Positions 44,127-53,469 of a DNA stretch of 64,000 nucleotides are shown piece after piece. Under the pieces are notes generated by a model. The model made no database searches, was not told where the DNA came from, and was given only the letters and a program-made list of their open reading frames with translations. The first letter of the stretch is position 1; each line of letters starts with the position of its first letter. The DNA is from an uncultured Chloroflexia bacterium. GTDB lineage: Bacteria; Chloroflexota; Chloroflexia; QHBQ01; JADMIH01. The stretch lies in the NCBI GenBank assembly GCA_963797095.1, contig CAWCNY010000005.1, positions 384,001 to 448,000 of the forward strand, given 5' to 3'. The position numbers and the translations under genes were made by a program.

Positions 44127-45320
44127 GTGATCCAGACCGATCCCTATCTTGCCCGTATGGCTCAACGGGTGCGCCCTATTGGCGTTTCGATCTTCTCAGA
44201 AATGAGCCGTCTGGCAATGGAACACAAGGCCGTGAACCTGTCGCAAGGCTTCCCAGACTTCGAGACACCCGATTGGATCAAAGAGGCCGCGCGGGAGGCG
44301 ATTTCTCGCAACATCAACCAGTACGCCATCAGCAACGGCTCGGTGCGTCTGCGGAGGGCCGTGGCTCGCAAGTCGGAGAGGACAATGGGCATCAGTTGGC
44401 ACGAAGACCGAGAAGTCACCGTAACCAACGGGTGCACCGAAGCTATTTTTGACGTAATCCAGGCGCTTGTCAACCCCGGCGACGAAGTTATCGTCTTCGA
44501 GCCGTACTACAACTCGTATGTTCCCTCAATCGAGATCGCGGGCGGATTACCCAGATTCGTCACACTCAGGGCGCCCGACTGGTCTTTCAACCACGAAGAG
44601 CTTATAGCCGCTTTCAATAGCAAAACACGCGCCATCATCATCAACACTCCCCACAACCCCACAGGCAAAGTCTTCTCAGAAGAGGAGATGCTTTTCATAG
44701 CGAACCTGTGCCGGCAGCACGATGCGCTGGCTATCACCGATGAGGTCTATGAACACCTGATCTTTGATGGGGCAACGCATGTCTACATGGCGTCGCTGCC
44801 CGGCATGCGTGACCGGACGGTCACGATGAGCTCGGCATCCAAGACCTTCTCGGTTACGGGGTGGAAGGCGGGGTGGGTGGTGGCCGCGCCCGACCTCACC
44901 GACGCGCTCAGGCGGGTGCACCAGTTCGTGACCTATTGCAGCGCTGCGCCTTTGCAGGAAGCGGTAGCGATTGCTCTTGAGGAAGCAGAAGGGAACGGCT
45001 ATTACGAGAAATTCGTCGAGGATTATACGCCCAGGCTGGACCTATTGCAGTCGTATCTTGAAGAAGCTGGGCTAAATCCGATCAGGCCGCAGGGCACTTT
45101 CTTTGTCATGTCCGATATTTCGGGGCTGGGGTTCGATGATGACGTACAGTTCGCCCGGTATATGACCGCCGAGGTGGGGGTTGCCTGCATACCACCTTCG
45201 GCTTTCTACTCCACGTCGGACGACGGCAAGCAACTGGCCCGGTGGTGCTTTGCCAAGCGCGACGAGACCTTGCGGGCGGCGGGTGAGCGGCTGGTCAAAT
45301 GGGCAGCGGGCAGACGATAG
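44127..45320 (+). CDS. Class I/II PLP aminotransferase (YbdL/DapC-like)
   Basis: NLSQGFPDF, NTPHNPTGKV, DEVYEH, SASKTFSVTGWK. Confidence 0.93.
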   Translation: MIQTDPYLARMAQRVRPIGVSIFSEMSRLAMEHKAVNLSQGFPDFETPDWIKEAAREAISRNINQYAISNGSVRLRRAVARKSERTMGISWHEDREVTVTNGCTEAIFDVIQALVNPGDEVIVFEPYYNSYVPSIEIAGGLPRFVTLRAPDWSFNHEELIAAFNSKTRAIIINTPHNPTGKVFSEEEMLFIANLCRQHDALAITDEVYEHLIFDGATHVYMASLPGMRDRTVTMSSASKTFSVTGWKAGWVVAAPDLTDALRRVHQFVTYCSAAPLQEAVAIALEEAEGNGYYEKFVEDYTPRLDLLQSYLEEAGLNPIRPQGTFFVMSDISGLGFDDDVQFARYMTAEVGVACIPPSAFYSTSDDGKQLARWCFAKRDETLRAAGERLVKWAAGRR

Positions 45321-45367
45321 CCGACCGGTTGGTATCCAAATTTGCGATGCAGAATGGGGAGGGTTCG

Positions 45368-45601
45368 ATGAAACGATTGTCTTTTGTGGTGCTAGCGATC
45401 GTCGCGGTGGTTGTGATCGTCCGGGTGGCGAAGGAATCTGCGCGTGCAAGGGAATGGCTTGTGGACCCCCGGTGGAAGGAAGCGGTAGAAAATTACAATA
45501 AGGCCCGCGAGCGCCATGCTCCGCAGGTTGAGATAGAGCAAAGAAAGCGCGAGATCGGTCAGATAGTTAAGCAACTGCGGGCGGAACAAGCCCAAAGATA
45601 G
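45368..45601 (+). CDS. Small membrane-anchored hypothetical protein
   Basis: GGAGG RBS; N-terminal TM followed by a coiled-coil. Confidence 0.6.
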   Translation: MKRLSFVVLAIVAVVVIVRVAKESARAREWLVDPRWKEAVENYNKARERHAPQVEIEQRKREIGQIVKQLRAEQAQR

Positions 45602-45633
45602 AAAACAAAAGGAACGAGGATAGCAAAATACAT

Positions 45634-46770
45634 ATGGACTTTAATCTCAATCCACATCAAATAGAGCTTCGAAACAGAATCAGGGCATTTGCGGAGCGCG
45701 AGCTTCAACCGACCGTGGCGGAACGAGACGACGCGGGCCGGTTCGACAGGTGGGTATTCGATAAGTGCGTGGAGGCCGGGCTGGCCGGGCTGCCTTTTCC
45801 CGAGGCGTATTGGGGGGGAGGAGGGAGCATCCTCGATTACATAGTGGCCCTGGAGGAGATCGGGCGAGTAGAGTTGGCACAGGTGCTCGTGCTGGCATCG
45901 CATATCGCCCCGATGACATGCCTGTTGCAGCATGGCACGGAGGAACAGAAGCAGAAATGGCTCGCACCACTGTGCAAGGGTGAGAAGCTGGCGTGCTTCA
46001 GCATCACCGAGCCGGGAGCAGGGTCCGACCCGGCTTCCATGAAGTCCACGGCAGTGCGCGAAGGGGACGATTATGTGTTGAACGGCAGGAAGACCTTCGC
46101 CACCAATTCCGGTGCCGCCGATACTTATGTGATCTTTGTCTCGACAAACCTGGAGGCCGGTGGCAGAGGGGTAACGGCCTTTATCGTGGAACGTGATACT
46201 CCCGGCCTGTCGTTCGGGGAGCCTATACAGAAGATGGGTGTGCGCACATCGGTGCAGCGCGAGGTGTACCTGGAAAATGTGCGCGTACCTGCCGAGCAGC
46301 GGCTGGGAGATGAGGGGCAGGGTCTGCGGATTGCACTGGCGGCGCTTGACGTGGGTCGCATCGAGATCGCGGCGCAGGGGGTAGGGATCGGGCAAGCGTC
46401 GTATGACTTCGCGCTGAATCACGCCAAGCAGAGGCAGCAATTCGGGTCGGCCATCGGGCAGAACCAGGCGGTCAGCTTTATGCTGGCCGATATGCACGTG
46501 GGGATCGAGTCGGCGCGGTTCCTGACATACAGGGCGGCGTGCAACTACGACGAGGGTAAGCCGTTTGCGAAGGAAGCGGCCATGGCGAAACTACTCGCCA
46601 CCGACACGGCTATGAAAGTCAGCGTGGATGCGGTGCAATTGCTTGGCGGGTTCGGGGTGACTAAAGCAAGCCCGGTGGAGCGATTCATGAGGGACGCGAA
46701 GGTGACCCAAATCTACGAGGGCACGAACCAGGTGCAGCGCATGGTGATCGCTGGGCACATAATGAAGTGA
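45634..46770 (+). CDS. Acyl-CoA dehydrogenase
   Basis: ITEPGAGSD, RQQFG, ERFMRDAKVTQIYEGTNQVQR. Confidence 0.96.
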   Translation: MDFNLNPHQIELRNRIRAFAERELQPTVAERDDAGRFDRWVFDKCVEAGLAGLPFPEAYWGGGGSILDYIVALEEIGRVELAQVLVLASHIAPMTCLLQHGTEEQKQKWLAPLCKGEKLACFSITEPGAGSDPASMKSTAVREGDDYVLNGRKTFATNSGAADTYVIFVSTNLEAGGRGVTAFIVERDTPGLSFGEPIQKMGVRTSVQREVYLENVRVPAEQRLGDEGQGLRIALAALDVGRIEIAAQGVGIGQASYDFALNHAKQRQQFGSAIGQNQAVSFMLADMHVGIESARFLTYRAACNYDEGKPFAKEAAMAKLLATDTAMKVSVDAVQLLGGFGVTKASPVERFMRDAKVTQIYEGTNQVQRMVIAGHIMK

Positions 46771-46854
46771 GAGCGGCCCGGCTGCCGCCGGTTGTTTTGG
46801 GCGCGGCGATTGAAGTGGGGAAGGGAACGGAAATTGCTCGGAATGATGGGATTC

Positions 46855-46881
46855 CGTCACATTTCCTGGGCGTGTTCCGTC
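46855..46881 (+). promoter_or_regulatory. Possible ECF41-type promoter
   Basis: cGTCACA-16 bp-CGTC versus the consensus TGTCACA-n16-CGTC. Confidence 0.4.
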
Positions 46882-46954
46882 ATAGTGGTGGCTGGGCAAG
46901 CCTGGCCGAGGAGCGGTAATGAGGTAATAAGTAAAGAGTGAGGCTAAAGCCAAA

Positions 46955-47404
46955 ATGAGCGCATCGAAGATATTAGCACGGCAGGGGCACAGAATGCTGC
47001 AGCTTGGGATAGGCCATTTCGTGTTTTCGGGTCTGGAGGGGTTTGCGATCCCGGTCCTGCCAGTACCGGCTCTGGGGCGATCCGTGCATACCCTGAGCGG
47101 CCTTCAGGGGGTCATGTTGCTGGCGCTGGGGTTGTTGTGGCCCAGGCTCAAGCTGGGGGCTACGGCTTCGCGGGTGGCATACTTGACCTATGTATATTCG
47201 AGCCTGGCGACGCTGGTGCCATTCGTGCTGGCCGCGATGTGGGGAGCAGGGAATACGACGATACCGCTGGCCGCTGGAAGCGCACGCGGGACCAAACGGC
47301 AGGAGGCCATCATCAAAGGTGTAATTTACTCGGCTGCGCCGACGTTTTTCGTGTCTATGGCTCTGGTGCTGTGGGGTCTGCGCAGCGAGGATAAGAAGGG
47401 CTGA
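46955..47404 (+). CDS. Hydroxylaminobenzene mutase HabB-like membrane protein
   Basis: LQLGI...H...G..LLALGL.WP.L.LG...AA.WGAG...P.AAG...GT..QE...LWGLR, resembling HabB. Confidence 0.7.
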   Translation: MSASKILARQGHRMLQLGIGHFVFSGLEGFAIPVLPVPALGRSVHTLSGLQGVMLLALGLLWPRLKLGATASRVAYLTYVYSSLATLVPFVLAAMWGAGNTTIPLAAGSARGTKRQEAIIKGVIYSAAPTFFVSMALVLWGLRSEDKKG

Positions 47405-47418
47405 AGAGAAATAAGAGA

Positions 47419-48042
47419 TTAGAGATCGGGCACAACCAACCATTCTTTCAGGAGAAGCATAGCTCGCTCCACAGCAGCTACGTTCTCAGGCTCGTTGAGC
47501 CAACGGCTTACGCCTGATGGGTGTGGGAGTGGGAGGTAGCGCACGCCATCGCGCACAAAGCCGGTGCCGACGACGGCGCTGAGAGAGGGGACGCGCCCGA
47601 GGAAAGTGTGGATAGCTAGCAAGCCGACCAGGAGGACGAATCGAGGCCGGAGCAAGGCAAACTGGCCGTCGAGCCAGGGGCGGCAAAGCTCTTGCTCGCG
47701 TGGGGTGGGCACGCGGTCGCCTCGCGCGCCGGGGCGGCGACCGGGATAGCATTTGGTCACGGCGCTGAAGTGGATCATGCGCCAGAAGTCGTCGCGGGGG
47801 ATGCCCGCCAATTCCATCCAGTCGCGCAGCTTGTCACCGGCGGCGCCCGCGAAGGGTCTGTTCTCGTTTGTGGCGCGGAGGCCAGGGGCCTGACCTACAA
47901 GCAAGATGCGTGGGAGAGGCGCATCCGGCTCAGGGTCGCGGGCCACGGGCACCGACTCACGCTCATCGAGGAAGCCCTCAATATGGCAAAGTCGGCACGC
48001 GCGCAGCCTCCGGTTGAAGTCGATGATAGAGGCATGATCCAA
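47419..48042 (-). CDS. Uracil-DNA glycosylase family protein
   Basis: CRLC, VGQAPG, PF.G.AG, KCYPG, LPHPSG. Confidence 0.9.
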   Translation of the reverse strand: MDHASIIDFNRRLRACRLCHIEGFLDERESVPVARDPEPDAPLPRILLVGQAPGLRATNENRPFAGAAGDKLRDWMELAGIPRDDFWRMIHFSAVTKCYPGRRPGARGDRVPTPREQELCRPWLDGQFALLRPRFVLLVGLLAIHTFLGRVPSLSAVVGTGFVRDGVRYLPLPHPSGVSRWLNEPENVAAVERAMLLLKEWLVVPDL

Positions 48043-48072
48043 AGCGAGTGCTCTTTTTGTGCACGTAGGGTT

Positions 48073-48948
48073 TCAGGGCTCGCGTATGAGACTGCGGAGG
48101 AGTGCCATGTTCTCCTTGTCTTCGGCCAGGTCTTCCCCTTTGGGCGTTTCGAGGATCTTGGGTATGCCTGCCAGGCGTGAGTCGTTCATTATGAAGCGGA
48201 ACGGCTCCAGGCCAAGCATGCCCTTGCCGATATGGTCGTGGCGATCCACGCGCGAGCCGAGTCCCTTCTTCGAGTCGTTCATGTGAATGGCGCGTAGCCT
48301 TTCCAGCCCCACGATTCTATCGAACAACTCCACCATACGCTCGTACTTGTATTCGTCGGTGAAGTCGATGCCCGCCGCGTAGAGGTGGCAGGTGTCCCAG
48401 CATACGCCAATGCGCGGCTTATTCTCCTGGTCCACGTCGGCTATCACATCGCGTAGGTGCTCAAAAGCGTAGCAGAGAGATGTGCCTTGCCCGGCGGTCG
48501 TTTCCAGGAGCACGGTCACATTCTGGCCTGGTCGTTCGGCCAGGATGCGGTCCAGCCCGGCTGCAATCCTGCGCAGACCTGCTTCCTCGCCCGATCCCAT
48601 GTGCGCCCCGGCGTGGGTCACAAGGCCGGGGATGCCGAGGGCAGCGCACCTGTCCAACTCGTGGCCGAAGGCCGCCAGCGACTTCTCCCACAGCGCGTCG
48701 TCGGGGGTTGCGAGGTTGATCAGGTAGGAGTCGTGCGCTACCAGATCGGAATTAATGTATCCGGCCCGATTGAGCGAATTCTTGAAAAGCTCGATCTCGT
48801 TGTCGGCGATTGGTTTGGCCGCCCATTGGTTTGCGTTCTTGGTGAAAAGCTGCACGACTGTGCACCCGATGCCGCAGCCTCGGTCGAGTGCTTTGTAATA
48901 GCCGCCGGCGATAGACATATGCGCGCCTAGTTTCAATTCCTGGCTCAA
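48073..48948 (-). CDS. nfo: Endonuclease IV
   Basis: GAHMSIAGG, HDSYLINL, ETTAGQG, DTCH, HMNDSK, DRHDHIG, ILETP. Confidence 0.97.
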   Translation of the reverse strand: MSQELKLGAHMSIAGGYYKALDRGCGIGCTVVQLFTKNANQWAAKPIADNEIELFKNSLNRAGYINSDLVAHDSYLINLATPDDALWEKSLAAFGHELDRCAALGIPGLVTHAGAHMGSGEEAGLRRIAAGLDRILAERPGQNVTVLLETTAGQGTSLCYAFEHLRDVIADVDQENKPRIGVCWDTCHLYAAGIDFTDEYKYERMVELFDRIVGLERLRAIHMNDSKKGLGSRVDRHDHIGKGMLGLEPFRFIMNDSRLAGIPKILETPKGEDLAEDKENMALLRSLIREP

Positions 48949-48983
48949 AGATGGTTTCTCCTAACGGTAAGATTATTGAGGCT

Positions 48984-49760
48984 TTACCTGCTGAACTTGA
49001 TAGTTGACAGAATCTTGTATGTAGTTGTGATAGCAGAGGTAAGCGGAGTATCGTTTACATCAGCCGACATAGCCGAGACAGTCGTCCATTCGATATTGAC
49101 CACTGGCGGGTTAGTTTGGAAGTTGATGTCGCCCTGGATGTTGGCCGAAGCCGTGCCAACATCCGCCATCTTCGATTGGCTCTGAGCGGCATAGAGTACA
49201 CGTTGGCCTGAGATAACGAACGCACCATGTAGAGGATAAAGGTCATCCCTTATGTTGGGCGGAGCGAACAGAAGCGTACCATCAGGATAAAGCGTCCAGA
49301 TTGTGCCCAAGAAGCGATCCCTCGCACTATCCACCCACTCCGGTTTGCCTTCGACCTGTTCCAGTTGAAGTATCACATCAGCTTGAAAAACTGAGGGATA
49401 GCTAAGCTGATTGGGGTCAGTAATTACCAGGGTTGCCGAGCCGCTGGGGGTTGAAGTTGGTGAAGGTGTGGAAGTGGGCGTTTCGACAAGAACAACGGTC
49501 GATGACGTTGTATTGGATGACGTTGTATTGGGTGATATAGACGAGGTTGTAGGCTGGTCGGTAACGATCTTTGCCACTATAGGCCCACCCAGCCCTACTA
49601 TGGCGGCAAGTAGGCTGAATATGCCTGTGACTATGGCAACTCTAATGGCAGAATTGTCGTTCGACGCGCTAACTGCTGCCCTATCTCCTGAGGTGTCTTT
49701 CGGGATGTCTGCTGGAGTGCCTTCGGCGCGCGTGTCGAGCTGTGGATCGTGAGAGGCCAT
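48984..49760 (-). CDS. Single-TM hypothetical protein with Ser/Thr linker
   Basis: TM (VAIVTGIFSLLAAIVG), S/T/P linker, beta-rich C-terminal domain. Confidence 0.65.
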   Translation of the reverse strand: MASHDPQLDTRAEGTPADIPKDTSGDRAAVSASNDNSAIRVAIVTGIFSLLAAIVGLGGPIVAKIVTDQPTTSSISPNTTSSNTTSSTVVLVETPTSTPSPTSTPSGSATLVITDPNQLSYPSVFQADVILQLEQVEGKPEWVDSARDRFLGTIWTLYPDGTLLFAPPNIRDDLYPLHGAFVISGQRVLYAAQSQSKMADVGTASANIQGDINFQTNPPVVNIEWTTVSAMSADVNDTPLTSAITTTYKILSTIKFSR

Positions 49761-49878
49761 CGCCACATCCTTGCGTACCAACAAAGTGATGTTGTGTGGA
49801 TTTTAGCATAGGACATCATGGACCGCAACGCAACCTGCAAACGCCAACAGAGCACTTTGCAGGGTGGCGGATGTTCGA

Positions 49879-49918
49879 TTGACACCTTGCCCTACTGATG
49901 ATAGACTGGTCGGTGTAA
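49879..49918 (+). promoter_or_regulatory. sigma70 promoter with overlapping TetR-like operator
   Basis: TTGACA-17 bp-TAGACT; the imperfect palindrome TAGACTGGTCGGTGTA overlaps -10/+1. Confidence 0.6.
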
Positions 49919-49975
49919 GATGGCTCATAGTGGCCTGAAAATGAGAGGTCACAATATCAACATGAGGTGCAATTG

Positions 49976-51232
49976 ATGGATTTTCTACTCAACGAAGAGC
50001 AGAGAGCAGTACAGAAACTAACATACGATTTCGCCCAGAACGAAATCGCTCCCTATGCACGCGAGCATGACGAGCAGGGCACTATCAACTGGGATGCCCT
50101 CAAGAAGTTGGGGCAGTTGGGCCTGCTTGGAGGACCGATCCCCGAGGAATATGGAGGGTCCGGCTTCGATTATGTGTCGTTCGGCCTGATTTGCGAAGAG
50201 ATCGAGCGTGCCGAGACCGCGTTCAGGGTGGTCCAGAGCGTTCACGTGGGCCTCAATTCGCTGACACTGCTACAGTGGGGCAATGAGGAGCAGAAGCAGA
50301 AGTACCTAGTCCCTCAAGCCAAAGGCGAGAAGCTGGCGACCTTCGGCCTCACCGAGCCGGGCGCTGGGTCTGATGCGGGCAACGTCGCTACCACAGCGCG
50401 CAAAGACGGCGATCACTACATCCTGAATGGCTCTAAACTCTGGATCAGCCTGGCCGATGTGGCCGACCACTTCCTGGTGTTCGCCTCGCTCGACCGCTCG
50501 AAGAAGCACCACGGCATGGGCGCTTTCATTCTTGAGCGCGGTATGGAAGGGCTGAGCACAGGCACGATCCACGGCAAACTGGGCGTGCGCGCGGGGAACA
50601 CAGGCGAGATCGTCATGCAGGACGTACGCGTGCCCAAAGAAAACCTTGTAGGAGAGGAAGGCGAAGGTTTCGCCATAGCCATGTCCGCGTTGGACTGGGG
50701 GCGCTTCACGGTCGGTACTGGCGCGGTGGGGTTGGCCCAGGCATGCCTGGATGCCTCGGTGAAATATGCCAATGAGAGGAACGCCTTCGGCAGGCCTGTA
50801 GGCAAGTTCCAGCTTGTGCAACAAATGATCGCCAAGATGGTGGCGGGTATTGAGACCTCACGATTATTGTGCTATCGCGTGGGGTGGATGAAGAATTACG
50901 GTATGAAAACCACCCGCGAAACGTCCCTTGCCAAGTGGCACGCCTGCAACGTGGCCTTCGAGAGCGCCAACGACGCGATAGAGGTTCACGGCGCATATGG
51001 CTACTCGTCCGAATATCCTGTAGAGCGCTATCTACGGAACAGCCGGGGTGCGGTCATTTATGAGGGCACCCGCGAGATTCACACGGTGATGCAGGGCGAG
51101 TACGCACTCGGATACCGCCAGGATAAGCCATACCGCTGCCCACCGCCGCCCGCTGTCGGCTACGAACGCAAGGATATGTACAACTCGGTGAGCGCACTGC
51201 ACTATCCGTTCGCGCTACCGCAGGATGAGTAG
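49976..51232 (+). CDS. Acyl-CoA dehydrogenase (glutaryl-CoA dehydrogenase-like)
   Basis: FGLTEPGAGSD, GKFQLVQ, VERYLRN...IYEGTREIH. Confidence 0.93.
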   Translation: MDFLLNEEQRAVQKLTYDFAQNEIAPYAREHDEQGTINWDALKKLGQLGLLGGPIPEEYGGSGFDYVSFGLICEEIERAETAFRVVQSVHVGLNSLTLLQWGNEEQKQKYLVPQAKGEKLATFGLTEPGAGSDAGNVATTARKDGDHYILNGSKLWISLADVADHFLVFASLDRSKKHHGMGAFILERGMEGLSTGTIHGKLGVRAGNTGEIVMQDVRVPKENLVGEEGEGFAIAMSALDWGRFTVGTGAVGLAQACLDASVKYANERNAFGRPVGKFQLVQQMIAKMVAGIETSRLLCYRVGWMKNYGMKTTRETSLAKWHACNVAFESANDAIEVHGAYGYSSEYPVERYLRNSRGAVIYEGTREIHTVMQGEYALGYRQDKPYRCPPPPAVGYERKDMYNSVSALHYPFALPQDE

Positions 51233-51272
51233 TCAAAGTAATGCAAAGACGAGTATCAAAGGAGATAGTAAG

Positions 51273-52466
51273 ATGGCAACAAATAACCACCCGGTAATTC
51301 TGTCCGCTGTGCGAACGCCCTTCGGCAAGTTCGGAGGCGGGCTTACGCCGCTTTCGGCGGTGGAATTGGGATCCATCGCCATGCGGGAGGCTATGAAGCG
51401 CGCCGAGATCGATACAAACGACGTAACGCATAACATCATGGGGTGCGTGGTGCAGGCTGGGTTGGGGCAGGTGCCCTCGCGCCAGGCGGCATTTAAGGCC
51501 GGGTTGGGAAGGGAAGTTACTTCCGACACCATCAACCGGGTGTGCGCCAGTGGCATGAGGGCCGTCACCCTCTCCAGCGACCTGATCAGGCTTGGGCACC
51601 ACAGCCTGATCGTGGCTGGCGGCATGGAATCCATGTCGAATGCGCCCTATTATGCGATGGGTGCGCGCTGGGGCTTGCGCATGGGCAACGGTGAACTTGT
51701 GGATGGCGTTGTGTACGACGGCCTGACAGACCCTGTGATGAAGGTGCACATGGGATCGCATGGCTCGAAGGTAGCCGCCGAGGAGGAGTGCAGCCGCGAG
51801 CAGCAAGACGGCTGGGCGTATCGCTCTCATCAGCGGGCAATAGCGGCCATCGATTCGGGGATCATGGCGCAGGAAATAGTGCCCGTATCCATACCCGACA
51901 AAAAGAAGGGTGAGATCGTGATCGATACGGATGAAGGGCCGCGCCGCGATACCTCGCTGGAGGCACTGGCGAAGCTCAAGCCCGTGTTCGACCCGAACGG
52001 CACGGTAACGGCGGGCAACGCTCCTGGCCTTAACGACGGCGCGGGTGCGCTGGTGGTGGCATCTTCAGATTATGCGAAGGCACACGGTCTGAAGCCGCTT
52101 GCTCGCATCCTCGGATATGGGGAAGCCGCCTGGGACACACCATACCTGGCGTATACTCCGGCGATGGCAGGGGAAAGGGCGCTCAAGAAACTCGGCATGA
52201 CCGTTGACGACCTCGATCTTGTGGAGATCAACGAAGCGTTCGCCAGCGTGACACTGATCAGCGCGTCGAAGCTCGGTTTGCCTGAGGAAAAAGTGAATGT
52301 CAATGGCGGTGCGATCGCGCTCGGGCACCCCATCGGCGCGTCGGGCGCACGCCTCATCACCACTTTGATCCACGAGCTTGGCCGTAGAGGCGGCGGCATC
52401 GGGATGGCCGCGATCTGCTCCGGTACGGCCCAAGGCGATGCGATTATTCTGCAAGTAGGTGAATAA
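51273..52466 (+). CDS. Acetyl-CoA C-acetyltransferase (thiolase)
   Basis: NRVCASG, GGMESMS, NEAF, GHPIGASG, C-terminal ICSG. Confidence 0.96.
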   Translation: MATNNHPVILSAVRTPFGKFGGGLTPLSAVELGSIAMREAMKRAEIDTNDVTHNIMGCVVQAGLGQVPSRQAAFKAGLGREVTSDTINRVCASGMRAVTLSSDLIRLGHHSLIVAGGMESMSNAPYYAMGARWGLRMGNGELVDGVVYDGLTDPVMKVHMGSHGSKVAAEEECSREQQDGWAYRSHQRAIAAIDSGIMAQEIVPVSIPDKKKGEIVIDTDEGPRRDTSLEALAKLKPVFDPNGTVTAGNAPGLNDGAGALVVASSDYAKAHGLKPLARILGYGEAAWDTPYLAYTPAMAGERALKKLGMTVDDLDLVEINEAFASVTLISASKLGLPEEKVNVNGGAIALGHPIGASGARLITTLIHELGRRGGGIGMAAICSGTAQGDAIILQVGE

Positions 52467-52524
52467 GTCCAAGTTCCAAGTTCCTGGTTCCATGCTCTAA
52501 CTCAGGAACCAGGAACCAGGAACC
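52466..52524. repeat. Inverted heptamer pair (AAGTTCC/TGGTTCC) ... (GGAACCA)
   Basis: agttccaagttcctggttcc ... ggaaccaggaaccaggaacc, directly after the thiolase stop. Confidence 0.8.
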
Positions 52525-52539
52525 TCTGAAGGAGACACA

Positions 52540-53040
52540 ATGGATTTTTTAGCTACGGCCCGAAGACAGATGCTTGCCGGACAGGTGAACGATGCACGCG
52601 AGCGACTGCTGGCCTCTTTCGAGAATCTTTCAGCAGAAGATATGCTTGAACCTGGGGCGAAAGGTAACTGGTCGATACGCGACATCCTGATCAATATCGC
52701 TGCCTGGGACCGTACCACAGCCGAGTGTTTCCGCGCAATGCTGGCGGGAGAGCGGCACCCACTACTGGATATGGACGAGGAGGGGGTGGCACAGTTTGAC
52801 CACGCCGCTTACGAGGCAGGTAAAGATAAGATGGTGGCTGACGCAGTACATGACCTTGATTCCGCTCGTGAAGACCTGGTCGATCTACTGAAAGATGTAT
52901 CGAACAGCGATATGTTTGCGCCCGCACCCGGCGATGAACACGCCGACATGTCGATAGCCGCCTGCCTTGCAGTTACAATCCACCTGGATGAAGAGAGCGC
53001 CGAGGCTATCGAACGATGGAGAGAGGCAAACGACAAGTAA
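52540..53040 (+). CDS. DinB/DUF1706-like four-helix protein
   Basis: GNWSIRDILINIAAWD; the typical His ligands appear partly replaced. Confidence 0.7.
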   Translation: MDFLATARRQMLAGQVNDARERLLASFENLSAEDMLEPGAKGNWSIRDILINIAAWDRTTAECFRAMLAGERHPLLDMDEEGVAQFDHAAYEAGKDKMVADAVHDLDSAREDLVDLLKDVSNSDMFAPAPGDEHADMSIAACLAVTIHLDEESAEAIERWREANDK

Positions 53041-53074
53041 GTCAGCTTCTATGATCTTTTCCTTCAGAATACAA

Positions 53075-53108
53075 AACGGAGGCATGAGTGCATGCCTCCG
53101 TCCTTTAT
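53075..53108. terminator. Bidirectional terminator
   Basis: acggaggcatg-agtg-catgcctccgt between convergent genes. Confidence 0.75.
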
Positions 53109-53123
53109 TAACATCGTTTAGCG

Positions 53124-53363
53124 CTATTTCTTCTCTTCGCTATATTTGGCGTTGACCTCCAGCTCCCAGTACTCTTGCAGTTCTTTCTCGCGCTTGTGCT
53201 GGGCTTCCTGCCCTGCCTTCATTATCTCATCCACACGCGTCTTGATCTGCTCACGACTTACTTTGCCTGATGTCGGCGCAAGCAACATCGCGGCCACAGC
53301 GCCAACCCCTGCTCCCAGGGCCAGGCCCAACGTAAACTTCAGGGTCTTGCTAATGATGTTCAT
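53124..53363 (-). CDS. YtxH domain protein
   Basis: GLALGAGVGAVAAMLLAPTSG...RE.I. Confidence 0.85.
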   Translation of the reverse strand: MNIISKTLKFTLGLALGAGVGAVAAMLLAPTSGKVSREQIKTRVDEIMKAGQEAQHKREKELQEYWELEVNAKYSEEKK

Positions 53364-53404
53364 CTTCCGCCTCCTTTCCGGTTCATTATAGCATAGCGGT
53401 CAGG

Positions 53405-53446
53405 AACGAGTAAGGAGTGACGAGTGACGAGTGACGAGTGACGAGG
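53405..53446. repeat. Heptamer tandem repeat (GAGTGAC)n
   Basis: About 5-6 units downstream of thrS. Confidence 0.85.
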
Positions 53447-53469
53447 GATGTGTTTGGTGGTTGTGTTGT

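Noticed and set aside
47419-48948. udg-nfo pair as a novelty
   Set aside because: Ordinary base-excision-repair gene clustering.
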